Below are positions 11,140-23,056 of a DNA stretch of 34,692 nucleotides, in pieces. How positions within the stretch are numbered: the first letter of the stretch is position 1; the number at the start of each line of letters is the position of its first letter. The DNA is from Octopus bimaculoides (Eukaryota). The notes below the pieces were generated by a model that did not search any database, was not told the DNA's origin, and saw only the letters and a program-made list of their open reading frames with translations. Made by a program: the position numbers and the translations under genes. The stretch spans positions 115,586,712 to 115,621,403 of the forward strand of contig NC_068985.1 in NCBI RefSeq assembly GCF_001194135.2. Direction: 5' to 3'.

Positions 11140-11862
11140 NNNNNNNNNNNNNNNNNNNNNNNNNNNNNNNNNNNNNNNNNNNNNNNNNNNNNNNNNNNNN
11201 NNNNNNNNNNNNNNNNNNNNNNNNNNNNNNNNNNNNNNNNNNNNNNNNNNNNNNNNNNNNNNNNNNNNNNNNNNNNNNNNNNNNNNNNNNNNNNNNNNNN
11301 NNNNNNNNNNNNNNNNNNNNNNNNNNNNNNNNNNNNNNNNNNNNNNNNNNNNNNNNNNNNNNNNNNNNNNNNNNNNNNNNNNNNNNNNNNNNNNNNNNNN
11401 NNNNNNNNNNNNNNNNNNNNNNNNNNNNNNNNNNNNNNNNNNNNNNNNNNNNNNNNNNNNNNNNNNNNNNNNNNNNNNNNNNNNNNNNNNNNNNNNNNNN
11501 NNNNNNNNNNNNNNNNNNNNNNNNNNNNNNNNNNNNNNNNNNNNNNNNNNNNNNNNNNNNNNNNNNNNNNNNNNNNNNNNNNNNNNNNNNNNNNNNNNNN
11601 NNNNNNNNNNNNNNNNNNNNNNNNNNNNNNNNNNNNNNNNNNNNNNNNNNNNNNNNNNNNNNNNNNNNNNNNNNNNNNNNNNNNNNNNNNNNNNNNNNNN
11701 NNNNNNNNNNNNNNNNNNNNNNNNNNNNNNNNNNNNNNNNNNNNNNNNNNNNNNNNNNNNNNNNNNNNNNNNNNNNNNNNNNNNNNNNNNNNNNNNNNNN
11801 NNNNNNNNNNNNNNNNNNNNNNNNNNNNNNNNNNNNNNNNNNNNNNNNNNNNNNNNNNNNNN

Positions 11863-11918
<56 letters not shown>

Positions 11919-12508
11919 AATATATACACACACACACATGTATATATATGATTATATATTCATTACCATTCCTGATGTCTTTTTCGCGCTTGGAGTTGAT
12001 ATTCATACTTGACACCAAACATATATTCTTGAATTTACGAATGTATGCACGCACATACATTATTGCGTTTTAAGATGTGCAGGCATGGATGTTTGTTCGT
12101 GCGAGCACCTGTTGAAGTGAACGTTCACGATGAGAAACAAGTAGAAACAAGGAAGTTACATTTAGAAATAATAGAATAAGTTACGTTAAAGCAAAAAAAC
12201 ACTTAGGTTGACTGAATACGTATATGTGTGTATGTGTGTAAACATGCGTGCATATGTGTGTACCTGTGTGTATGCACGTATATGTGTACATACAAGTATG
12301 GATATAAAATGTGTGTATATATATATGTATATGTATATTTATGTGTATGTTAATATACTGTTACACGAAGAGAGACGGCTGTTTCCTTTCTTGTATAAAT
12401 ATATAAAATATCCCACAAAATATTAATTCTTCAGTTAAATGTCAAATTGTCTTTATTATCACTCGACATAAAATGAAACACGAAATGTAACATATATATA
12501 TATATATA

Positions 12509-12545
<37 letters not shown>

Positions 12546-13132
12546 NNNNNNNNNNNNNNNNNNNNNNNNNNNNNNNNNNNNNNNNNNNNNNNNNNNNNNN
12601 NNNNNNNNNNNNNNNNNNNNNNNNNNNNNNNNNNNNNNNNNNNNNNNNNNNNNNNNNNNNNNNNNNNNNNNNNNNNNNNNNNNNNNNNNNNNNNNNNNNN
12701 NNNNNNNNNNNNNNNNNNNNNNNNNNNNNNNNNNNNNNNNNNNNNNNNNNNNNNNNNNNNNNNNNNNNNNNNNNNNNNNNNNNNNNNNNNNNNNNNNNNN
12801 NNNNNNNNNNNNNNNNNNNNNNNNNNNNNNNNNNNNNNNNNNNNNNNNNNNNNNNNNNNNNNNNNNNNNNNNNNNNNNNNNNNNNNNNNNNNNNNNNNNN
12901 NNNNNNNNNNNNNNNNNNNNNNNNNNNNNNNNNNNNNNNNNNNNNNNNNNNNNNNNNNNNNNNNNNNNNNNNNNNNNNNNNNNNNNNNNNNNNNNNNNNN
13001 NNNNNNNNNNNNNNNNNNNNNNNNNNNNNNNNNNNNNNNNNNNNNNNNNNNNNNNNNNNNNNNNNNNNNNNNNNNNNNNNNNNNNNNNNNNNNNNNNNNN
13101 NNNNNNNNNNNNNNNNNNNNNNNNNNNNNNNN

Positions 13133-13640
13133 TATACATATCATTTATATTAATATCATAACACGCATTAAACCGCTACCTATAGTTTCATATGCTGAGG
13201 AAACTCAAACATATTCTTCAGCAGCAAATCACATATCATAATGAACTAAAGAAATTGAATTATAGAAGTGACAGAAAAACAACTAAGACAGCATATAGAA
13301 AGCGGTGACAGTAAACAACAGAAAACGAAAAACAGAAACTAAAATTTTAAAATAAAATGTATAAAGGTAAAATAGCTATCTTCCTTAGATCTCAAATGAT
13401 AAGGCTGGAAAGATATCAAGTTAGTCAGGAATAGGCGGAGTTTTCCAATTCTTCAAAATATGTTTATGCATGTTGATGCAACTGCTGAAAATTTCTTCCC
13501 TGGAGATCAATAGAGAGTTAGGGACGTATATTTGAACATGATCTGCATTCTTTCAGCCAAACAAAGTCTATATTTATTCGATTCATTCATATAGGGTATG
13601 ACATTATTGCATATGTGGGAGAATGCAACGAGTAACCGGT
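13133..13640 (-). mobile_element. Penelope-like element 3' end: endonuclease C-terminus plus 3' region with hammerhead
   Basis: Minus-strand translation of 13625 to 13421, with one frameshift: ..PYMNESNKYRLCLAERMQIMF..LLISREEIFSSCINMHKHILKNWKTPPIPD*. This fits the PLE GIY-YIG C-terminal pattern PYxNxSxxCxLCLxEKxxI..LLNxRxExxSxCxH. A hammerhead lies ~200 nt downstream of the stop on the same strand. The left end abuts a gap. Confidence 0.8.
13171..13228 (-). ncRNA. Type-I hammerhead ribozyme motif in the PLE 3' region
   Basis: Exact CUGAAGA core (13221-13215). Stem II is AUAUG/CAUAU, extended by UGAG-UUUC-CUCA. GAAA follows (13189-13186), then a palindromic CUAUAG and GUA. Stem I is imperfect next to the cleavage site. 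Confidence 0.75.
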
Positions 13641-14368
13641 AGTGGGAAGTTTATCACTCTTCTCACCATCCAATCAATGCCTAACATTTAGGTTTACGCT
13701 GGAACAGCCCTATACATTTTGGGATGTTTTCCTGTTTCTTTGTCATTCATTATGTTTTCTTTTACATACGAAATAAACCTGTAATAGCTGTCTTTGCTTC
13801 AGTCTTGTCGTCCGGAGATCAGACCGTTAAACACTGATTTGTGGTTAGTGACGTCATATTTCGAACGTACAGTACGCGTGCAGAGACACATGCATATACA
13901 TACATACATATCTACTTACACGTATACATGCTTGCATGCATGCGTACATAATACATGCGTACATACATACATACAAATACATGCATACATACGTATATAT
14001 GTGTGTGTGTGTGTGTCTGTGTGTGTGTATGTGAGTCTGCGTGTAAATATATCTGTGTATGCGTGTTCTTTTTTCATGTCAGAATGTGGAAATAATATTC
14101 AAAACACCGAGACAAATAGAGTGATGAAGACGGCAGCAGTCTTCTGGTGTTCTGGCTGCTGCTGCTGATGGTGATGACGACCGCGACGATGATGATGACG
14201 ACCACAACGATGATGACGACTTCTCCTTAATTAGTACGAGCACAACATGCACAAATATTTTCATAAAATGCTGCGCGAGAACTCAAATTTACACACATAT
14301 AGAGAAACGTTCGCATTCTTTCTCACTTCGTTTTTGTTTCTGTCACATACATAAGCACACTGCATATT

Positions 14369-14649
14369 CAGGGTGCGTAATGTATTTGAGGACATACCTT
14401 TTTGGAGTCATTGCTGCATTTTTTGTTAACTCTGTATAATCTTTGTTTCAGAAAATAATAATAGCAAACCCTCAGCTTACTCAAGAAATACAGATGGAGG
14501 CTTTTATTGTGGATATAAAGGATGAGCATAGAGTTTTAGAAATATCTCGTTTTTTACAAGTATTTTTTGATAATTAAAGTTATTATCTGTTATTATATAT
14601 CTGTTTTCTTATAAACATAAATCCGCCCTCAAATATCTTACGCACCCTG
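14369..14649. mobile_element. Tc1/mariner-type MITE (non-autonomous, 281 bp)
   Basis: 23-bp TIRs CAGGGTGCGTAA(TG/GA)TATTTGAGG with 2 mismatches. TA follows the right TIR, and the left flank is TATT (TA apparently mutated). The interior is AT-rich with no ORF. Confidence 0.85.
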
Positions 14650-15269
14650 TATTATAGGCAGAAAACAATACGCAGATAAGATTAAGCATCCATCTAAGTC
14701 GAAGTATAACACATTTGAATACAATATAAATTATATAAAACACAGCTTCGAGAGAAAATTATTAATATTACTATGAAATGTCCATTTACTTACTAATCTC
14801 TTTCTTTGCAGATTTTAATGTAAACCGGATTGTTGTAATTAATTCCAAATATGCAACCGGTGTTCGATTACGTTTGAAAGTTTTCATATTTCAAACCCTG
14901 CGTGAAGCCATATATTTACAATTTGATATCGTTCTTTTATTCACTTTAAACATTTCCCTGTGAGAACAAAATATTTTTGCCACCAGATAATATAGTAATT
15001 AATAATTATACTTATTCAGAATAATCACTTAACCAACTGTTTCTATTAATCAATTAGTCTGTTTTAAAGATACCACATTTACTCATCATTACTATACTTC
15101 GTCTCATCTTTCCCGTTCAAGTGTATTCAGCAGTCACACATCTTCAACCATGTTTGGTGGACAGTTTTCATATGATTTAGCTTACACAGATCTGTTTCTA
15201 ATTCTGTAGACAGTTTACTGATTTTTTATTAGAAACAAATATTGATTCACAATATCGAATTCAAAAGAA

Positions 15270-17110
15270 GCGAGAGGCGTGAAGCGCAAACGAACTTCAA
15301 GGTTATTTAAAGTTGAATGACTTAACAAAATAGTAAAACTGCCTCACCGAAAGTTCATGGGGTTACGAACAGTTAACTGCGGGAAATATTTACGAATGAT
15401 ATCGAAACTGGAGTGATCTGTTTGTATTGTGTTGCAAAAGTTTCTGCGAAATTTGCTAGTGCAAAGAATTTGGATGTTATTTGGAAACTTGACATTTTGA
15501 AACGTCATTTGGCAAATAAATCGTAATTTGGACCGAGTACAAAAACTCAGTCAACAAAACGCGCCATTCCCCGTTACAAGAGTGTTACGCATGTTCCGCG
15601 AGAATGCAGACGAGCGAGAGCGAAAGTGATCAAACCCAAAGCACATCAAAGGTCTTCTATTACTGTCTATTAAAATAAATAATTTTTACATTCAGTTCAA
15701 CACATTAAGGAATCTATAGTAAATTATGTACAACTACCGGATAGTTGGCGGGAGGGATAATTATAAATTTCTGGAGACTATCAACATTAGTGTCGTTAAA
15801 AACATGAGAAGAAATAGAAAGAACAATGGATGAAACCTCGGCATATATATCAACAGATATATCATTATGAATTATGGACTTCAGATTAATTTCTTAAAAT
15901 ATTTTGTATAAAACGTTTTATAGTGAAATCATTCAAGTATGTCTGCTTGAACAGGTAAGATGAGAGGAAGTGAGGTTTCTATTACTAGAGTCTGAGAACA
16001 GTTTATGCAGAGAATGAAGCTATATTCTTTAAAATGGCGATGTTTATATAATGGATCGTCAGAAATGTTTGGCCGATCCAAGAATGTCGCAGCGAGACAG
16101 AAATAGATCGTGTAAAACCTAGATCAACAATACTGAGTTGCACATTTTAAAAGTTTGTGGATTTCTGATACATGGAAAGAAGTCAATTAATAGGAGACAT
16201 TTAATCGTTGATGAGAACTATCTTTACTGCATTTTATCGATCTAAAGTTAAAAGATGCAAGTTTAAAGAAATTGTACAAAACTCTGGAAATGAAACTATT
16301 GCTTTCATAAACCACTTAATAAAGTCAGATGGTTATCTAGACACTTTGTATTGCAGGCAATAATAGTAAAAAATGATGAAGTACTGATCACATACTTTGA
16401 AGAAGATAAGTCAAAATCACCTTGTGGCTAAATAGTGTCACAAGAAATTGATAAGCATCACACACGAAGTTGTATTAGAAGTTTTAAGTGATATTGTTAA
16501 AGAACTAGATGAATTGTGCAAGATTCTACAAAAATATGGCTTATAATGATTAATTTGATTCGTTTTAAGAGAAGCAGAATTTGCCAGATAAGAATGTACT
16601 AGCTGAGAGGTATTGTTTCATAGAGTTAAAGTTTGGTTAAACCTACAACCAGAAGCAAGCATAACAATAGATAAATGTTCACTGTTGACTTTTTAAAAAT
16701 CGTTTCTGTCTTCATTCAGGAAAACGGTTTTCTAAAGTTGAGGTATAAAACTGATAAGATTTAACTTCTCTACAATCATTGATTGTGAAATCATAATTTG
16801 CGACGAAAAAGTTAATGTCTTACGTATAAAATATGGTTGTTCTTACTGAAGGTACTCAAATAGTTATATGATTACAACTGTTGCTGGGAACAACAACAAT
16901 ACATCCAAATTGATTTTAAATGTCATTCATATTGTAACATTTGTTCTTCAAGACGAAGAATTTTTACGATCTTGCAAAAACGATGGACAATTGTGGAGCA
17001 ATTTTACATCTGGTATGGATTGTGAGCGAGAATTTAGCATACTTACTAAATTTCAAAGACTCGAAGTTGCCATTTAGATGAATGTCAAATGTACCGGTAA
17101 GTGAGAAGAA
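15270..17110 (+). pseudogene. Decayed hAT-family transposase (ZNF862/C17orf113-like type)
   Basis: Motifs in the expected order through stops and frameshifts: CLYC..WKLDILKRHL zinc finger (15415-15512); LPDSWR; DET..STDIS first Asp (15829); NGSSEMFG equivalent to DGASVMLG (16050); QY*VAH equivalent to CxxH (16125); PLNKVRWLSRHF (16312-16347); DCEREFS equivalent to the dimerisation-domain ERxFS with the catalytic Glu (17018). TIRs were not found. Confidence 0.85.
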
Positions 17111-17660
17111 AAATCTACCAATTGGTTGAGAGTTCTATTAGTCTATATATTGTTTACGTAGATAAATGCAACATAAAAAGGAGATAGTGAAAGAGAGATA
17201 AATATATTGGTGAAATCTATATATATAAAGATGAGAATGTGTGTTTGTCTGTCTGTCAGTCTGCCTGTCTGGCTGTCAGTTTGTCTGCATGTCAGTCTGA
17301 CTGTTTGTCTGTCAATCTGTCTGTCTGTGTGTCTGTGTGTCTGTGTGAATCCCTAAAACGTCAGAACTATACAATCAATTTTATTCAAATTTTACACATG
17401 CATTATTTAGAGTCCATGTAGTATCATAGGCCAAAACAATTCTTAACTTTTTACCTAGTGCGAGCCCAGAGCAATATCATATCTCCTCCACTATTTCAGT
17501 ATTACGTGTCAAAAGTGAAACAATCACGTCTCTCTGTAGTAATGTCAGATATTTACACTTTAATAGTTTCACTTTAATACTGAAACTATTAACGTGAAAC
17601 TATTATCTCACATATATACAAGCATACATACTTATATACATACATATATATAATATATGT

Positions 17661-17712
<52 letters not shown>

Positions 17713-17747
17713 NNNNNNNNNNNNNNNNNNNNNATATATGTGTGTGT

Positions 17748-17791
<44 letters not shown>

Positions 17792-17941
17792 ATACATCTG
17801 CACAAATGTGTATATGTATAGATGTATATGTGTAGATGCATATATATTGATATAGATGTACATGTAATATGTACAAATATATATATATACACATATATAC
17901 ATGCATGCATATATGCACCGATACACACACACATATACATA

Positions 17942-18265
17942 GGTACAGGTGTGACTGTGTGGTAAGAAGCTTGGTTCCAAAACACATGGTCCTGGGTTCG
18001 GTCGTATTGTGAGGTGACTTGGCATGTGCATTCTGCTATAGCTTCAGACCAAACAAAGACTTGTGAGTGGATTTCGTAGACAGGAAATGAAAGAAATAAA
18101 TCGCATATATTATGTATGTATATATGTAAGAGTATGTGTATGTCTTTGTGCTTCTCCCTCATCACTGCTTCACAACCGCTGTTCGTTTATTTACATCCTC
18201 ATAACTTACTGGTTTGACAAGAATAAACTAATAGAATAAGTACCAAGTTTGTCAAAATAAAACAA
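17942..18265 (+). mobile_element. SINE family A, near full length (5' half, microsatellite, truncated 3' half)
   Basis: GTGACTGTGTGGTAAGAAGCTT..GGGTTCGGTC..CTTGGCATGTG..GTGGATTTCGTAGACAGGAAA, then TGCTTCACAACC..ATAACTTA..ATAGAATAAGTACCA. Confidence 0.9.
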
Positions 18266-18335
18266 AGCACTTGGCGGTGTCTCGTATTTTTGTTTGCCCA
18301 CTCAGTTGTATCTATCAATTTATCTTTTTTGTATA

Positions 18336-18371
<36 letters not shown>

Positions 18372-19615
18372 ATACACACACATGTAGATGTATGTATATG
18401 TGCATATTCATATCTACAAAGACCCTTTCTTGGGGACTTAACACCCACAATTTAGTCATTTTATCTAAGCAAAGACCAGTACGGTTGTACTCGTGGAAGC
18501 TATATGGTCAGCCGAGCATAAAAGAAGTGCCTTATTTGTAATTCAATGGTACGACAGTGTAAGACTATCCTTTCAGATATACTTACATTGTGATTTCTGC
18601 AATGTGGTGCATAAATCTGAAGTAAATCACAGGCATCTTTGCCTCCTGTGATTCAGTTGCAAAGTGTTGAGTAAAGTTCTTCGGTTGCAGACATCCTTTC
18701 AGTCTTTTTATTATCACTGGGTCACACATAGTCCCCAGATGGTAACATTGATTTCAAGGCCTTCCCAGATGGGTGACTGGTTATTCAGAGACATTCATAG
18801 ATTGTAAATTTATTCTGTTCAGTTACCTATCAGCACAGTGATCATTGGCGAACTCCAGAAATGATACTTTCATTTCCCTTTAGCCCTCACGTCACGGAGT
18901 TATTCATGTTTATTTGAGTAGTGTCACGCCCTTCCCATTGCTATAGATCCGTAATACATCTTACGGCTGTGCCTGTCACCTGTATGGTGAGGAATACTAC
19001 TACATCGGGGAGTGGTAACGAATAGGGTAGGGTAGGTGACTGCTTATTGTGATCATTCGTCTTTTGGTTTCCAGTAGCTTTGCTTTCTTTTAGAAACCCA
19101 GTGAACATACAGATATTTCCTATTTCAAAGAAACTGGAACAACAGATACAAGACCCAAGTTAAAAAGATTCTCAACAATTCAACTTCTCTGGTTGACATT
19201 AAGACACCCACCCCCAATAGGGGCCTTAACTCCCACATTTTAGAGCTCCATCACCTCTATTTGTCAGGAGCAAAATCCTTTTAATAGGTTCCATAAGACT
19301 GGAATTTTGGAACCAGTGCATAAAGATCAGTTGTATGGGATACATGCGTTTGATTAGAATTTCTTTAGAGTGTGTAAAGAGGGAAAGAAACCCCATCTGT
19401 AATTTTGATAAAATTCGAATGATAGGTATTCCTGTTCATTAGAGAAAATATAACACAAAAAGTCTAATTCTTCAATTGCATGTAAGATGGGCAATGCCGG
19501 GTAGTTTTATCTAAAATATTTTGGTAGACTTACATAAAATCTGGTCTGTGAATGATAGTTCCTCAACTAGCCATGCATCAGTAGGATTTTTTCCAACGAT
19601 TTCAGAAGAAATAAC

Positions 19616-19736
19616 GGTTTCATATTTTGGCACACGACACACGTTTTAGGGATAGTCAAATGAATAGTCTTAGGGAAATAGAGAACGTAAAACCAAGCAA
19701 TTTGTCCAGCATCAATGGTTATACCAGCTCACCTCC
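19616..19736 (-). mobile_element. SINE family B, internally deleted, tail type 2
   Basis: Reverse complement: GGAGGTGAGCTGGTATAACC..GGACAAATTGCTT..TACGTTCT head joined to GTGCCAAAATATGAAACC tail. Confidence 0.7.
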
Positions 19737-19739
19737 TTT

Positions 19740-19793
<54 letters not shown>

Positions 19794-19803
19794 NNNNNNN
19801 NNN

Positions 19804-19851
<48 letters not shown>

Positions 19852-19888
19852 CAGTAGTAGTAGTAGTAGTAGTTGTTGTTGTTGTAGT

Positions 19889-19954
<66 letters not shown>
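19740..19954. repeat. Compound (TAG)n/(TTG)n/(CAG)n microsatellite with a 10-nt gap
   Basis: Directly visible. It is the source of the poly-Ser ORF. Confidence 0.97.
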
Positions 19955-19955
<1 letters not shown>

Positions 19956-20587
19956 ACCTGTGAATTAATGGTGGTTATTACTGATTCAACGTTACGTCAC
20001 ATAAAAGGGAAATATGAAAATATATTTTATTGGATGAAACACCAATAAGAGCAAAGTTTTTCAAGATAGAAAATAAAACCTAAGTTGAACATGTTATTTT
20101 GATAAGTGCAATAAAACTTGTATATGAAAATATGAGAAATCAGCCTCATCAACAAATTTCTTGCTCTTGTATAATTTTTTGGCTAAAAAGGACACATATT
20201 AAAATATTTTAAGGAAAATATTCAACATTTCAAACCATTTTTAATTTTTTGATTTTGAAAAATTGTAAAATGTCGGTAAGTTTTATTTTAATAAAATCCT
20301 AAAATCTATAATCCTTGAGTAATTTCGCTGAATTTTGTTTTCCTTTACCGAAATCTCTTGAAAATATATTTATATATCTTATTTGAAATAAATCTGGTGC
20401 AAGATTGAATGAGAATTTTGTCAGCTTTCATTAAATCATTCTTTTATAACTAGAGATAGAGTTTTACAATTATCTTCAAACAATCGCAAGTATACCTTTG
20501 CACAAGCATTCAATAAGTACATTTTTCTCGAAGGGAAAATTTCTGCACACACTGAGAACTAAATATTAGATGTAACCCTATATAGTT

Positions 20588-20618
<31 letters not shown>

Positions 20619-21622
20619 NNNNNNNNNNNNNNNNNNNNNNNNNNNNNNNNNNNNNNNNNNNNNNNNNNNNNNNNNNNNNNNNNNNNNNNNNNNNNNNNNN
20701 NNNNNNNNNNNNNNNNNNNNNNNNNNNNNNNNNNNNNNNNNNNNNNNNNNNNNNNNNNNNNNNNNNNNNNNNNNNNNNNNNNNNNNNNNNNNNNNNNNNN
20801 NNNNNNNNNNNNNNNNNNNNNNNNNNNNNNNNNNNNNNNNNNNNNNNNNNNNNNNNNNNNNNNNNNNNNNNNNNNNNNNNNNNNNNNNNNNNNNNNNNNN
20901 NNNNNNNNNNNNNNNNNNNNNNNNNNNNNNNNNNNNNNNNNNNNNNNNNNNNNNNNNNNNNNNNNNNNNNNNNNNNNNNNNNNNNNNNNNNNNNNNNNNN
21001 NNNNNNNNNNNNNNNNNNNNNNNNNNNNNNNNNNNNNNNNNNNNNNNNNNNNNNNNNNNNNNNNNNNNNNNNNNNNNNNNNNNNNNNNNNNNNNNNNNNN
21101 NNNNNNNNNNNNNNNNNNNNNNNNNNNNNNNNNNNNNNNNNNNNNNNNNNNNNNNNNNNNNNNNNNNNNNNNNNNNNNNNNNNNNNNNNNNNNNNNNNNN
21201 NNNNNNNNNNNNNNNNNNNNNNNNNNNNNNNNNNNNNNNNNNNNNNNNNNNNNNNNNNNNNNNNNNNNNNNNNNNNNNNNNNNNNNNNNNNNNNNNNNNN
21301 NNNNNNNNNNNNNNNNNNNNNNNNNNNNNNNNNNNNNNNNNNNNNNNNNNNNNNNNNNNNNNNNNNNNNNNNNNNNNNNNNNNNNNNNNNNNNNNNNNNN
21401 NNNNNNNNNNNNNNNNNNNNNNNNNNNNNNNNNNNNNNNNNNNNNNNNNNNNNNNNNNNNNNNNNNNNNNNNNNNNNNNNNNNNNNNNNNNNNNNNNNNN
21501 NNNNNNNNNNNNNNNNNNNNNNNNNNNNNNNNNNNNNNNNNNNNNNNNNNNNACACACACACAAACACATACACACATACACACACATACCCTCCATCTT
21601 CACACCCTCATGTGCCAGAAAA

Positions 21623-21853
21623 GCGGCGAGCTGGCAGAAACGTTAGCACGCTGGGCGAAATGCTTAGCGGTATATCGTCTGCCGTTACGTTCTGAGTTCT
21701 AATTACGCCGAGGTCGACTTTGCCATTCATCCTTTCGGGGTCGATAACTTAAGTACCAGTTAAGCACTGGGGTTGATGTAATCAACTTAATCCCTTTGTC
21801 TGTCCTTGTTTGTCACTTCTATGTTTAACTTCTTGTAGGTAATAAAGAAATAA
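21623..21853 (+). mobile_element. SINE family B, full length and little decayed, tail type 1
   Basis: GCGGCGAGCTGGCAGAAACG (A-box-like), GAGTTCTAATT (B-box-like), central TTTGCCATTCATCCTTTCGGGGTCGATAACTTAAGTACCAG, and a tail ending AATAAAGAAATAAG. Confidence 0.93.
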
Positions 21854-22139
21854 GAAAGCACTTTGACTCCTCCTTCTACTTCCGGTCACTTCAGAAATAT
21901 AACCACACGTGAACTGTTCACGATTTTTCCTCTTTGTTCCTTCTTTCCTTTTGGGTGTTCCTGTCTTTTCCTGCTTCCGACGAAGAGCTATGCACCAAAC
22001 GTAAAACAACTCTCTTCTTTCTCCGAGCGTCATATTAATATATTGCTTGTACCACGGAGATACACACACACATATATATCTATATATATCTGTGTGTGTG
22101 TGTGTGTGTGTGGGTGTGTTTGTGTGTTTGTGTGTGTGT

Positions 22140-22177
<38 letters not shown>

Positions 22178-22940
22178 ATATGAAGTAAAAGCAGCTGTAG
22201 TGTAATAAATAGTATTAAATACATATATTAATGTATATATTTTGTGTATTTTCGGTGGCTGCAGTGGCGCAGCGGAGATTATATCTCTCATATCGCCAGT
22301 GTTAAAACAGCTTAGTGTCATGGACAGTAGGCTTTTCAACTAATTGAACACCATGGACTCTAAAGTTGTTTTAACACCGGAGACATAAGAGTTATAGGCT
22401 CTGCTACGTCAACGCNNNNNNNNNNNNNNNNNNNNNNNNNNNNNNNNNNNNNNNNNNNNNNNNNNNNNNNNNNNNNNNNNNNNNNNNNNNNNNNNNNNNN
22501 NNNNNNNNNNNNNNNNNNNNNNNNNNNNNNNNNNNNNNNNNNNNNNNNNNNNNNNNNNNNNNNNNNNNNNNNNNNNNNNNNNNNNNNNNNNNNNNNNNNN
22601 NNNNNNNNNNNNNNNNNNCTGCTGGGAGGGTATCCAATTATTGCTACGCTAGTGCTATACTAGGTGCAATCAATGGGAGCGGGTAAAAGTGGAGGTTTTA
22701 CCCAAAATTTGTGTAACGATTAGAAAATGGAGGATAATATGCTGAACCCAACTACTTGCAGACGGTGTATCCCGTTGAATTCATTAATTTAATTCATAGC
22801 AAAAGTGACAAAGGGAGGAAGAAAAGAAAAAGAAAGAAAGAACCAAAGCACAGGTGTCCATGGCATATATATATATATATATAAAAGAAGTTTGAAAACG
22901 CCACTATATAAAATAAATTATAATTTATATTTTTCTCAGA

Positions 22941-22990
22941 GATATTTTACATGTTTCGGTTCTTGAAAAAATGAACCTTATCAAATATAC
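22941..22990 (-). ncRNA. Minimal type-I hammerhead motif with U3-A8 core
   Basis: Minus strand: GUAUAU-UUGAUAA-GGUUC-AUUUUUUCAA-GAACC-GAAA-CAUG-UA-AAAUAU. It has a perfect 5-bp stem II with a G-C base, a palindromic ACAUGU stem III and a GUA site. Stem I pairs 5 of 6. Confidence 0.65.
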
Positions 22991-23056
22991 ATATGTTAAA
23001 AAAAATGAAATTAAAAGAAAAGTTCATAATTGTTTCTTACTGGTGTTAACATAATC

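Noticed and set aside
12105-12140. CTGTTGA plus the palindrome GTGAACGTTCAC plus GAAAC
   Set aside because: Five extra nucleotides lie before GAAA, and neither stem I nor stem III forms.
14810-14960. Strong branch point and acceptor (TACTAAT..TTTGCAG) with one open frame
   Set aside because: The peptide is unrecognisable, the donor is weak and it has no linkage to other exons. The acceptors at 14094 and 32240 were rejected for the same reasons.
22250-22310. tRNA A-box-like TGGCGCAGCGG
   Set aside because: No proper B-box and no cloverleaf, so not a tRNA gene. At most a decayed SINE head.
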